A DNA stretch of 64,000 bases, from the NCBI GenBank assembly GCA_026936335.1, contig JAPMXV010000045.1, positions 434,001-498,000 on the forward strand, in the 5' to 3' direction. Of this stretch, positions 36,001-48,605 are shown in pieces; positions within the stretch are counted from its first letter, which is position 1, and each line of letters opens with the position of its first letter. Position numbers and translations under genes: made by a program. This DNA comes from Mantamonas sphyraenae STR306 (Eukaryota > Protista > CRuMs). Under the pieces are notes generated by a model that was not told the DNA's origin, made no database searches, and saw only the letters and a program-made list of their open reading frames with translations.

Positions 36001-39000
36001 TCGTCGGTGCTGCTCATCTTGCGCGCAACATCGACGTACTTGAAGAAGGCAGACACAATCTCCACAATGATGGCCTGTTTCAACTCCTCTGCACTCTGCT
36101 TGTGCTGCGGCAGCAGCTTCAGCAGACGGCGCTTCATCACGCTCACGGGACTGGTCGACAGCGCCAACTCTCGGTCCGACAGCTCCAGCTCGTCGTGGTT
36201 CTCCGCCGCACACACCTTGAGCATGGTGGCAAACACCTTTGCGCCGCCCATGGCGTCCAGGGTGAGTTCGCGGGCCTCGGATGGCCAATTTTCCATCAGG
36301 GCAAAGTAGCTCTTGCGCGCAAACATGGTGCACACCGCGTCCACGGTGTTTGTGAACTGCATGCGCAGCACATAGTCCCACGAAGGACCTCCTGCCTTGA
36401 ACGTGCCGTTGAATGGCTGTTTGCCCTTCTTGTTGCTCTTCTTGCTCTTGTCGTCGGTCTTTTCGTCCTTGTTGTTGGCCGTGCCCACAGGCAACGGGCC
36501 CGGCGAATCAAGCACGCTGAACGCCTCGTTCTTGCCCATGTCCGGCAGCGAGCCGATGTCAAAGTCCGGCGACAGGTCGTCCTCCATGAGCTCGTCTTCG
36601 CCGTCGAGTGAGATGTCGCCGCTGAGCGCACGCTGCAGACCGCCCTCCTCGTGTGCGTGGTCAAACAGCCAGTTGATGACCAGGTCCTGGTCGTAATCAT
36701 TTTCTGGCAGGATGTTGTTTTCGGCCAGGGCGCGGCGGCAAAGCGAAACAGGGAAGCCCAGGCAGGCGAGTTCGCTCACGCGAGCTCGTGTGATCATCTC
36801 CGGGTTGCCAAACACAAGGTTGGTCGAGTCCAAACTGCTGCTGGTGCTCTCCATGAAGGTGACTTGATCGTCGGCGCTGTAGAGGCTGACCGCAGGGTAC
36901 ACGGTGCGTCCACACAGATCCTTCCACACAACCTTGCCCAGGTCCGTGCCGTCGTTGTTGAAGCGCATCCAGCCCTCGTCCATGTGTACCTCCACAACGA
37001 TTGTCTGGCCTGTGGCCATCGGCTTGCCGTAGTATTCGCTCGAGCTGTTGTGGTACGTGTATCCGCTGGATGAGCCGTAGTACGACCAGCCGTAGTAGGA
37101 CGACGAGCCACCCAGGTAGTTGGTGCGGTCGTGGTTGGTCTCACACACGCCGATCATGATGGTGCCGCTGTACGTCTTGTCGATGTGCACCTTGAACGAA
37201 TTGTACCCGCTGGTCAGGCCTTCCTTGCACCAGATGGTGCGCCAGTACGAGTAGGCCTTGTTCTTCACTGTGCGTCCGTCGTTGCTGACTTCCAAATCTG
37301 CATGCTTTCCCGTCTCGTCGAGCTTCAGTGAGGGCGCCGCGTTGCTCGCCACGCGGCGCACGGACGACGAGCCGTAACCAATGCCGTTGTGCACAACACC
37401 GCGCAGCGTGTTGCCACTCATGTCAAAGGCAATGTCACCGGAGCCCTCTTCGAAGCGGAGCAGCACACCGAGGTTCGGTGCGCCACTGAGCATGGCGCGG
37501 TAGTCGCCCATGATGTCTTCGATCTTGCGGGCGTCGGTCCACACGCGCACCTCGTCCACCTGGCCCACAAAACCAAAGTTGATGGGCCTGCGTTCACGCT
37601 GCTCGGCCTCGCGCTGTGCGTCTTCGCTGAGCTGTTTGCGAGAGATGTCGCAGCCTTCGTCCTTGGAGCCACAGTCGCAGTAGAAGTTTGCTGCGCGGGG
37701 CGTCAGCTCGTGTCCCTGGTGACACGTCTCGGCGCAGGCCTCGCACACTCCCTTGCCACTGGTCAGCTGGCAGGTGCGGCATTCGTAGAATTCCTGGTAG
37801 ACAAACTCCTTGCCCGTTTTGACAAACGTGCACACGGGCTCCGCCTCGGTGTCCTCCAGGCTTTCGTCGCCGATAAGGCCTCCGACAATCCAGTGGGAGG
37901 TCTTGACGGCGGTGAGCTTGTTGTCGGTCTTTGTGGAGTGCATGAGGTCACCGTTCTTCCAAATGCTCCAGTCGCCGTCGTAGCGGGAGGCGAGATGGAT
38001 CCAGCGGCCGACATCGCGTGTCTCGACGGGGGTAGACGCGTATGCGTGGTGGTCCTCTGCACCAGGCTTTGTGATGCCCGTCTGGAACTCGCCGTCTTGC
38101 ACACGCAGAAAGTAGACAAAATTGTCGGAAATCTTGCCGCGGGACACAATGTACATGGGCTGAGTGGGCATCTCGTCCATGCGCACCCAGGTTTCGACGA
38201 GCATGGACTGGCGCGGGTCAGCAACAGCGGGCTTGCCGAGGTCGACGTACGTGTCCTGGGCGAGGTTGAGGCACATGCCCTGCTTGAAGGCGAGGAGCTC
38301 AATTGTGCGGGACTTGGAGGCGCCAGCGACGGAGCCAACGATGCGCTCGTCGTCGAGAACCTGACACTTGTAGGTGGCAGGCACCTCCCAGTTCTTGGGG
38401 CCACGTTTGACAGAAACCTCGCGGAACTCGAGCTGGTTGCGCACGCCTACGGTGCCTTCCATGACGCAGACACACTTTTGCATGGGCCACTCGACAAGGC
38501 CCTCGAAACGCTTGTCGCCGACGCGGCGCTTGGTGATTTTGAGGACCATGGGAACGGGCAGAGCCGAGCCGTCGCGGAAGAGGCCGTTGTACTGGGTGCC
38601 CTGACGAAGGACGTCGGTGGGCACTGTCTGTGTCTGCACGCCCGTGGACGTGTCAAACAAGAGGGAGGACGGGTCATCGGGCACGAGAGCAACGTCCGCG
38701 TCGCCCACGGTCCAGACCGTGGCAAAGTACTTGCCGGGCTCGAGGACAAAGACACCGCCGAGGTAGGAGCCGTTGTGTGTGACAAAGACCTCGTTGTTGC
38801 GGTAGTTGAGTCCAAAACCAACGACGTCGCCCTCGACAATGGGTGGGATGTCAAGGTTCTCGTTGAGGGTGCCTGTGCCAGAGCCGAAGCCGCCCGAGTC
38901 CTTGGAGAAGGAGTAGGCGACGCGCTGGAGGGCGCCGGTGTGGTGGTAGACAAAGGAGACACGCGGGGTGGGACGTTTCTCCCTGGGATCATCCTGCCAT

Positions 39001-42000
39001 TCGTCGCCGACGCGTTTGCGAGAGCGGAGACGGTTGGAAAGTCCGATGGCGAGTTGGGCGTGTTTGTCGAGCTTGTTGACGCGCATTTCAAAGTAGTCGA
39101 TGGGCAGGCACTGGCATTGGCGCCAGCGGTCATCTGCAACAACAGCACACTTGCACGTAAGGTGCTTCATCCACTTTTGGTAGTGGACATCGTGGCCGAC
39201 GTGGCACTTCTTGATGCAGGCCTCGCAGCAGTCGAGGTCGCAGGTATTGCAGCGGTAGTTGTGCCCAGGCTGGGTGATTCCAGCGGGAGCCTTACAGTCT
39301 GCGCGAAGCGGGAAGCTGTGGTCAGCCTGGGTTGCGGTGAGGGCAGCGTCGGAGCCGCGCACAACTCGCTGCCACACATGCTGCATGTCATCGAAAGCAA
39401 GCGCGGGCACGGCGTTGTCCTCGAGCTCCGCTTCGATGGTCATGCGCTGGACGTTGGCGAGCACGCGGTCGACAACGCGTTGCTTGTTCTGCAAGCCGAC
39501 GTCATCGGGAAAGCCCGGCAACAGGGTGGCGCGAGTGGCAATCTTCATGAGCAGGGGCATGTAGCCCGAGTTGATGAAGAGGGCAGCGGTCTCCTGGTTG
39601 TGCAGCATGCTGACGAGCGCCTTCATGCCGACGGCCTGGATGACCATGAGGCTGTGGGACAGCTCGCCGTGCAGCTTGCGGTTGGCTGCGTCCATGGAGG
39701 TAAAGGGAGCAGGGCTGCTGGAAGTGGAGCTGGAAGTGGAGCTGGAAGTGGCCTTGGCCTTGCCCTTGGTGTCCACGACAGGAGTGGATACGGCAGAAGC
39801 GGACGTCTCTTCGTTGCTGAGCACGTTCTCGAGGAGGGCGGCGAAGGAGCGAAGACAGGAGTCGTCGAGAGGCAAGTCGTGAGTCTGCAGGCCGGTGTCA
39901 CCGTCGAGAACGGGCTGGACGTCGGTAAGAAGGACCTGGACGGGCTGAGGGAGGACTTGTGCGGTTGCGGTGTAGCTGTCGTCAAAGAGCACGGAAACAA
40001 AGTACTCGTTGCCACGGTAGGGGCTGCACCACTGCACGGTGGCCTCCTTGTTGACGGTGACGCCATCCTTGGTGGAGGCGACGTGGACGCGTGCGCCTGT
40101 GCGCACAATGTCCGTGAGGCCACCCATGGTGCAAAGGGCTCCGATGCATTGCTTGACCTGGTCGTCGACGAGGTACTTGTCGTTGCCGAGGGTTGCGCAC
40201 AGGTCGGGCAGTGTGTCAAGGGTGGCACGGAGGGAGCCAAAGACGGCCTGCTTCCATGTGTCGCTTGTGAGGAGGGAGCGGAGGAGGCCGACCTGTTCGG
40301 CGGCAATGGCGAAGCGGTAGTCTGCGGTGTGCAACCAATTGTCGTGCGTGTGTGTGGACAGGACGTAGGCGTCGCCGATGCGTGTGAGGATGGTGCGCAC
40401 CATGTCATCGACAGAGGAGGCGCCGACAGCAGCGGCGACGGTGCCCGGGTCGCCGTGCACAAAGGCGCGACGGCAGAGGCGCAGAAGGAGCACCTGGACG
40501 TCGATGTTGTCTAGGCTAGACCAGTGGCGTCCGTCATGGTTGATGAGGCGGTCGACGAGGGTGGCCCATGCAGGCTGTGCGACGATGTTTGCAGCGGCGG
40601 TGTGCTGGGTGGCGAGGAGCACGAGCTGGAGCAGGCGCTTGCAGGGGACGTCGATGTCGTCGACGAGGGCCTGGTCGGGTTGATCGGGGCAGGTTGCGGA
40701 ATAGTCGACGGCAGCGAGCTGCTCCGCGGAAAGAGCACCGGGCTGGGTGCTAAAGCCGCTCAGGAAACCGTGCATGCCTGCAGCCGAGCTGTTTGCACCT
40801 CCTTGAGTGCTGTTGGAGTGGACGACGATGGGGCGTGCGCCAAGGTGCATGGGAAACCTGTGGAAGCGAATATCGATGAAATCGTAGCGGTTGCGCTTCT
40901 TGTTGGTTTTTTCGGAGCCGACGAGCTCGCCGTTCATGTAGATGGAGCAGGTGTCGTCGTCGGTGCGGGTGAAAGCGAGGTGAGTCCAGCGATGGTATTT
41001 GATGGGCCGCTTGCTGGTCACTTCTGTGGAGGAGCAGACGTTGAAGATGACGACGCCCTTGCGGTCGATGCAGGCCTGGACGGCGTAGATGTTCTGCAGG
41101 TAGGCACTGCGATTTGTGAAAATGACACCCTGGTCGGGAGTGGGAAGCGGGTACACCCAGCAGGAGAAGGTGAAGGCCCTGCCGATGGTGGATGGGAGAT
41201 GAGGGACAATGACACCGGGCTGCTTGGGTTCGAGCCAGATGCGCTGGGGCAACAGGAGTTGGCCTCCAAGCACACAGGTGTCAGGAACGTGGGCATCGGC
41301 GGGTGCGCAGACGCTGGCAAAGGTCGTGAGTTCGTCTTTGACCTGATCGAGCAGCGTGGACTGGAACTCAGCGCTGCTGGGTTGGCCGTGCGGGTTGAAG
41401 CGCACAGCCTGGAGGGCCATGATGTTGTATGCGTACCAAGAGGCGTCTGCGAGGGCGAGCCTGTGGCGCGTGCGAGCATGGAGGTGGTTGCCGGTATTGG
41501 CCATGCGGACGACGGCAAGAGAGCTTGCGTGGGAGGCCGAGTTTTCTTGCAGAAAGTCGTCGATGAGCTTCTGGTCACGCTGGTGGGACGTGGATTGCCA
41601 CTTGTCGCCGAGGGCACGCAAAATGCCGCTGGCAAGGAGGAACTGATGGTCCTCTGAGCGAAAGTCGATGGAGAGACAGCGAAGGGCCTGCATGTGGACG
41701 GCAGTCTCGAGAGACATGCGAGATGAGTCGTAGAGCTCTGCGTAGGTGCCGTCGAGGACGAGCGGGTCGCTGGGGGTCTCGGCAAGGACTGTGGCGAGGG
41801 TGCCAACCAGGGAAAAGAAGGCGTTGGTGACCTCGGCACAGAGGGATTCGCCGCTGCCCTCGAGGGAGTGGAGGTAATGGAGCATCTTGGGGAAGGCCTG
41901 CTCGGTGAAGGGCAGGTCGTCGTCGATCTTGGGACGGGTGGAGAGAGAGTCGGCAAAGAAGCGCAGGAGCATGGCGCGGCTTTCGATGCTGACAGTGTTG

Positions 42001-45000
42001 CGCAGGAAGGAGGCGCCCGGATGGTCGGATGCAGCTGCCGAGGCAAAGGCGGGGCCGCGAGTGCAGGCGGCGAGGAGCTGAGAGAGGGCAGAGAGGCCTG
42101 TGGTGCGAATGACGGCGCGTGCCTGGCGGGTGATGAGGACGTCGCGCAAGCGGCTGAGCTGGACGTCGGCCTGGACAAACTCGAGGACACGGCGTGCGGT
42201 CATGGCATCCTGCTGGGTGCTGCCGGTGCCGTCCAGGACGTCGCGGCGCTCCTTCATGAGCATCTTGAGCTTGTCGAGGGCCTCCTTGGCGTTGGAGACC
42301 TGGAGCCAAGGGGAGGCGGACCCGTCTGTAAAGTCGTCGTCTGTGGAGGCCATGGAGGCAGCTAGATCGGCGGCAGAGGAAGAGAGGGTGGTTGCAACCG
42401 AGCGGCGCGGAAGGAGTCGGTTGTGGCTTTCTGTGGGGGCGATGGTGAGGAGAAACTCTGCGCGCGTGCGGATACGTTCGGCGAGGTGGATGTACTGGCG
42501 GCGGTGGAGGTCATCGGCACTCTCGTTGGCAGACGGGGCAGGACCTGCATCGACGCCTTTTTGGCGTTCAGAGACCATCCAGCGGACGAGCTTGTTGGCA
42601 AGCTTGTAGAGGAGCTTGAGGTTGTCTGGGCACTCTTCGTCGTCGGGGGTGCGCAGAAAGGCGATGGCGGCTGCCGTGAGGCCTTCGTGCTTGAGCATGC
42701 ATGCAAAGACGGTGCGAATGGCGCGTTGGACGTGCTCCTTGGCCAGTTTGGAAGCCTTGGAGCGATCTGCGGGCAGACCCTTGGCGACGCGTACAACGAG
42801 GGGATGTGCGTCGTCCTCGATGAGCTCGACAATAAAGGTGTCACTTTCTGTGACCGCAGAGACGGTGCGCGCGATGGGCATGCGCTTGAACTGCTTCTGC
42901 GGGCGGCCTCCGTGGCGAAGGTACTCGAGCATGGGGTCCATGTCTGCAAAGCCGCCTGCAAAGAGACCATTTTGGAGCCACTTTGCAAACTGGGCTTCCT
43001 GCTTTGTGACCTTGCCACCGTGGACGAGAGTGCTTGCACACTTGCCGGTGAGCCAGGCGAGGGTCATTTGGATTTCGTTTGTGCGTCTGATGGCGCCCTC
43101 CATGGCAAATGCGACGTTGGACAACTTGACGGAGCCGAAAAAGGCGTGCTCAGACGGGTTGACCGCGTCTGTGTTGGGTGGGTTGCTGAGAACGCGCAGA
43201 TACAGACGCCCATCTTGGGTGGAGACGCGGACCTTTGCGCTGCCGGGGCCCTCGAGGACGGCCAAGGGTCGTCGGAGCAGTCCTGGGCGAGGTGAAGCGA
43301 GACGGCGTTGTCCTTGCGATTGGAGGAGGATGAGGAGGATGAGGAGGAGGATGAGGAGGATGAGCTGGTTGGGACGGGGCCGCCGTCGAGGCGCTGGTAC
43401 GTGCGCGGCGTTTGGGTGCCGACTCGTTCAAATTCGACTCCGTCGGTGTCTTCGTGGACAATGTGGCACTGGTCACACATGTCTCGCGAGGCCCAGGCGG
43501 AGGAGCGGACGTGCCAGCGGTACCCGACGATGGGTTTGACGGAGCACTCGTCACATCGGTAGCCTGTGTGGATGGTGTCTGCGGCGTCATCGGGGGAGCC
43601 AGAAGAGATTGTGTTTGTGGTGTTTGCGAGCTCGTTGAGACCGATGACGACGGTGAGGGAGGAGGCAAACGGGACGTGGATGGGCAAGATGCGGTCGAAT
43701 TGCTGGAGGCCCATGGCGTCGGGCAAGGGGATGGTCTCTGAGTGGACGGCGTTGGTCTTGATGCGAGGGGCATCGGAGCCGCGCGGAGTGACGAGGGAGC
43801 GGTCGTCGAGACGCGGGAGCTGGGCGTTGATGCGGTTCAGCTGCTGGAGGAGGGAGACAAGAGGGCCGAGGGCGCGGCTGCTGAACATGACATGAGAGGC
43901 ATACAAGCAGAGGGCCGAGGTGAGGGGGAGGAGGAGCTGGCCGACGAAGCAGGCGTCGAGAAACTCGAGAATGGCCGGGTGGAGGCCCTTGTGCCACTGG
44001 CCATCCTGGAGGGAGTCGTTGATGGCCAAGGCCTGCTCAAAAATGTGCCCGGCAGAGTGTGCAAACTGCTCGACGTAGTGGACGAGGAGCTCAAGGCTTG
44101 TGTTTGGGTTCTGAACGTGCGACAGGACGGCTGAAGTGGCGGACGCCGTGTCTGCGGAGGCGGGTGCACCTGTGTCCTCTGGAGTGGCCTTGAAAAGAAG
44201 TTGCTTTTGGAGGGCAGAAAGGACTGCGAGGGATTGAGAGACGCCGATGTTGAGCTTTGCGGAGGGCACGCCGTCCTGAAAGTGTGCTTGCAAGGTCTCG
44301 CCGGTTTCCTGGCGCACGACAGAGACGAGGGTGGTGACAAAGGTGGCCACTGCGGTTGTGGATGAGGACGAGGCAGCGCCGGCGTGCGTGGACGGGGTAG
44401 CCGGGGAGGAGGAGGAGGAGGAGGAGGAGGAGGAAGAGGGGTCCTGTTGGTCGGAGCGGGCGACGTCGGTGGAGAGGAGTTTGTCGACGGTCTTGTAGGA
44501 GGAAAAGTGTCCCAGCAGATTGTCGAGGAAAGTGGCCTTTGTGGCAGAAAACTTGTCCGGGTTTTCGGAGCGGGCCTGAAGGAGGTCGGAGAGCATGGTG
44601 CCCTGCTCGACGATGCTGGGGTAGAAGACGTTGAGGGTGCTTGTGACGGTGCGTGCGGCCTCGCGCTGGATGTCACGGATTGTCTGTGCGACGGCGGACG
44701 GGAGATCGGAGGCGGAGAATTCGAGGTTGATGATGTGCCAGAGGGTGGTGCGGATGCGGACGGCAAGGGAGTGCTCGCCGCGTGCACGGAGCCCCAGGCG
44801 CGGATCGGTTACGTCGCCGCTCTCCTGGAGGTGGTATGCGTTTGTGGCGAGCATGCCGAGGAGGGCCTTGATCTCGTAGAGGCGGAGGGACCAGGTGTGG
44901 AGCAGTTGCGGGTCTTGTTCGGACGAGCAGGGGTTGTCAAGGTGGCAGAGTTTTGCGGAAAGAAGGGTGTAGAGGGATTGGAAGGACTCCTTTGTGGCCT

Positions 45001-48000
45001 CGTATGCGTAGGGGACGTTTGTGCCAAAGGATGGTTGTTTTGTGGCGAGTGCGGGCTTGTAGGCACGCGAGAGGCGGTCGAGGCAGGCGATGAGGTAGAG
45101 GGAGAGGTTGGCCGGGTCGTCGCGTGCATGGAGGAGGACCTGCTCGGAGGAAAAGGTAGAGTCGGAGGTGGGCAGGGAGTAGGGGAGGGAGGAAAGGATG
45201 CTGTGGTTCTGGAAGGCCTTGAGCTGGGTGGAGTCGACATCGAACTGCCAGACGGCGTTGTGTGTAAAGTCGTAGGCTGACGGGAGGGCGCGTGAGACGT
45301 TGTCGCCGTGGATGTACTCCCAGGAGGCAAGGTAGCCCGAGTCGAGGCTGAAGTTGAGGGTGATGCAGCCGCGAAGGGAGCCCATGTTGCGTGTGTAGAG
45401 GCCGCGAAGTTTGTTTGCGCGCATGGTACAGGCTACGTAGTGGCCGTTGGTGACCCAGGAAGCCATGGCCAGGGCGGTGGGAGGGAGGTCGACGAGAGGC
45501 TTGCGTGCGCCCGCCGGGTCGAGGCGTTCGACAGAGATGGCGGAGAGGCAGGGAGAGCCGACGGAGGCGATGAGTTCGAGGTCGATGTGCTGTGCGTTGT
45601 GGATGACGACGGGGAAGGAGAGGGTGTGTGCCTGGTTGTTTGCGTGCTTGTACATGTCCCAGGCACGGACGGTGCGGCGGTTCTGGACGTAGACGTCAAA
45701 GACGCGCGCTTCGGCACGGGAACACGTGTTTTCGCGGAGGTAGAGGGTGACGAGGAATGCGCCCGGGCTGGAAAGGGGCAAACGGTAGTGGAGCTTGCGT
45801 GTGTCGTCGAGGCCAAGGCGTGCGGTTTGGAAAAGGGCAAGCTCGGAGGAGGAGACGGAGGAGTCTTTGTGGAGGGTGATGTTTGCCGGGCTGCGCCAGT
45901 CGATGTCGGACTCGTTGTAGCCGAAATCAGCGGCAAAGGTGCCTTTGGAAGTCACGTGTGCGAGGGCGCCACAGTTGACGGCGACTTCGAGGGAGAGGAT
46001 GTCCGCAAGGGGACCTGTAAGGGCGAGGGTGCGGAGGAGGGCGTTTGCGGCGAGCGGGTCGTGGATGTCGATGGCAAAGGCCGGCGGGGGCGTGGAGGAT
46101 GAGGAAGAGGCGTCCTGTGGTGCCTGCTCGGTGGCGTTTGCGTCGTAGGCAAGGTAGAGATGGCGGCCGTCGGAAAAGAGGGGCGAGGCAAGAGCCATGG
46201 CGTCTGGGGAGGCGTCGGGGACAGAGGCAAGGGGACCTTGCTGGAGCTGTGCGAGGCGGGAGTCCTGGGGCAGGGCCAGAAGGGGCGCAATGTCTGTGTC
46301 GTGGACGTCGTGGAGGAGAGCGAGGTCTGAGGCACGCACGAGGAGGAAGGGCTGATCGATGGCGTGGGAGCGGAAGTAGAGGTGGCCATTGACGTGTGCA
46401 AGGGTGCCGTGTGCGCCTGGGGCGACGTGGTCGTTGGAGGCGTAGAGGCGACCCTGGATGGAATTGCGTCCTGAGCCGATCTTCATGAGGCCTCTGTTGG
46501 AGGTGTGGAGATAGACATATGTGCCGTCTGAAGCGATGGCGATGCCAGCTTGTGCGTCGGAGGAGGGGTTGGCCTGCTGATCGTCTGTTTCGAGGACGGG
46601 AGAGAGTTCCGGGGTAAAGTCGTTTGCGTTGTCGTGCTTGCCGAGAGCATTGAGGTCCTGGAGGATGGGCATGTGTGCGAGGTGTGCGAGCTTGGCGATG
46701 TCTTGCGCCGGGTCGACGCCGTGGAGTAGATCCGTGGAGGCGTCGAGGGCGGCAGCGAGGCTGAGGAGGTTCTGGAAAGAGTGTCGGGCAAGGCTGATAT
46801 CGACGACGATGCGAAAGAGGGTGGCACGTGCAGAGGAGGAGAGGTGTGGCTTGGCGAGCATGGCGAGGATGCTTTCGTGGAGGGAGTCCATGGCGGCGTC
46901 GACGCCCGGAGAAAATGTGTGTCCGGCTTCGACGAGGTCGTTCATCTGGTCTGTGAGGTCTGTGAGGACGTCGAGCATGTCGTCAAAGTCGGCAGTGTCT
47001 GTGTGCTTTGCTGCAGAGGCCATCATGCGAAGAACGAGGCGGACGGTGTGCTTGACGACAGAGTTGGAGAGGGAGGTAGAGTCGGGGGTGGAGGAGGGAG
47101 TGGCTGCGGAGGATGAGGAGGAGGATGAAGAGGAGGATGATGATGAGGAGGAGGGGTTGAGTTTTGCACGTTCGGCTTCGCGAAGGAGAGCGAGCTGGAC
47201 GCGTTTGATGATGGCAAGGCGGCGGTTGATGGACTGGGAGGCAAAGGTGTCGGCGGTGCGCTTTGCACGGAGATCAAGGGACTGGGAGAGGTGGGAGAGG
47301 ATGGGAACGTAGGTGTCGATGGGTTGGGAGGAGGCGGAGGAGGAATAGAGGTCGTCGGAGCTGGGGAGGCCGTCTGGAATGAGGGCAGGCGCGATGGAGT
47401 CGGTGGGGAGGAGGCCGAGGACAGAGGAAGAGCCATCGACGAGAGAAGCCTGAGAGTCGAGAAAGACGGAGAGCTTGTCGAGGCGCTCGTTGAGGGTTTC
47501 CGAGTCGACGAGGTCGTCGTCCTTGGGCAGGCCGGTGTTTGAGGAGGTGGAACGGAAGGTGACCATGTCGTTGCGGTGGTAGAGGGAGACGGCAGGGTAA
47601 AGCTCGCGCCCGAGGAGATCCGAGGTGAAAGCCTTGCCGAGGTCGTCGCCGTTGTGGGTGTAGGAGAGGTAGCCCTCCTTGAGGTTGAGCTCGACGCCGA
47701 CAATGTCGCCAGTCTTGACGTACTTGCCGTAGGAGGAGCTGCTACCGTTGTGGTAGGTGTAGGGGTAGCTTGTGCCGTAGTAGGACCAGCCGTTGTAGGA
47801 GGAGGAGCCGCCAAGGTAATAGGTGTTTGAGTGGTTGCTTTCGCAAACGCCGATCATGATGGTGCCGGAGGAGGTCTTGTCGATGACAATCTCCCATTTG
47901 TAGACGGCGGGGCGCTTCATGGGCTTGTTGGCCCAGACCGTGGACCAGGTGTCGCTGCTGCTTGTGGCCTGGCATGTATGGTTGGAATTGGAGAGGGTCA

Positions 48001-48523
48001 TGGAGCTCGGGGCCGTCTTTGGATCAAGTTCGACGTCTGGGGGGAAGGGCAGCAAGGGGGGTTCAGGTGTGAGTGAGAGCAAAGGGGGGGCGGGAAAGGG
48101 GTAGGGTGGAGGATGGAGAAAGATAAGGGGCGGGTGGAGGAGAACGGGGCCAAGGAAGGGAGTGGGGAATTGCGCACGTGGGAGGGCGTGCACAATGTTT
48201 GCGAGGAAAGGGAGAGGGAAGGGGTGGGGGGAGCACATGGGGCATGGAAAGTGGAAGAGAAGGGATGGTTGGAGGAGGGAGGGTGCGGGGCAGTTTGGGA
48301 TTGGAGAGCGGGTGGAGGGAGAGGCGGAATGGTGGAGGGACGTACAGCTCGGGGCGGAAAAGGAGAGGTTTGGCATTTGCGCGAGGGCAAAGTTGTCGTC
48401 GAGGAGCTGCGAGTCGGAGAGACGCAGCCATGCGCGATCGTCTTCGGCTGTGTCTTCGAGAGCTCGCTCGTCAATGGCGCCTGTGTCTTCGTCTCGCAAA
48501 GCGAGGGACAAGGAGCTTCCCAT
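33010..48523 (-). CDS. Giant HECT E3 ubiquitin ligase (HERC/HECTD4-like; SPRY x4, malectin-like, ZZ, LamG x2, UBR-box-like x2, UBA-like, HECT), paralog A
   Basis: Start MGSSLS at 48523, intron 48037..48345. ORFs 43064..48523, 35460..43265 and 33010..~35694 join across 1-nt frameshifts at ~43267 and ~35694. HECT motifs FAGENSIDAGGPYRE, FLRFVWGRSRLP, LPVAHTCSFQLDLPRYSS (catalytic Cys) and terminal EIDAD*. Confidence 0.85.
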
Positions 48524-48605
48524 GGGGTGTTTTGAGTTGTTGCTGAGAAGCCGGTTTTTGGGTGACGGGGCTCGCGGGGGAACGCAAGGGAATCCTGGTT
48601 GGGTG

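Noticed and set aside
37389-40514. 1041-aa plus-strand ORF and similar long ORFs (40524..41657, 5185..7059, 51082..53163, 20190..21371, 32860..34272)
   Set aside because: Antisense shadows of well-supported genes on the opposite strand.
35680-43280. Programmed -1 ribosomal frameshifting in the HECT gene
   Set aside because: No X XXY YYZ slippery heptamer at either junction, and the paralog is uninterrupted at the one site that can be compared; sequence error is more parsimonious.
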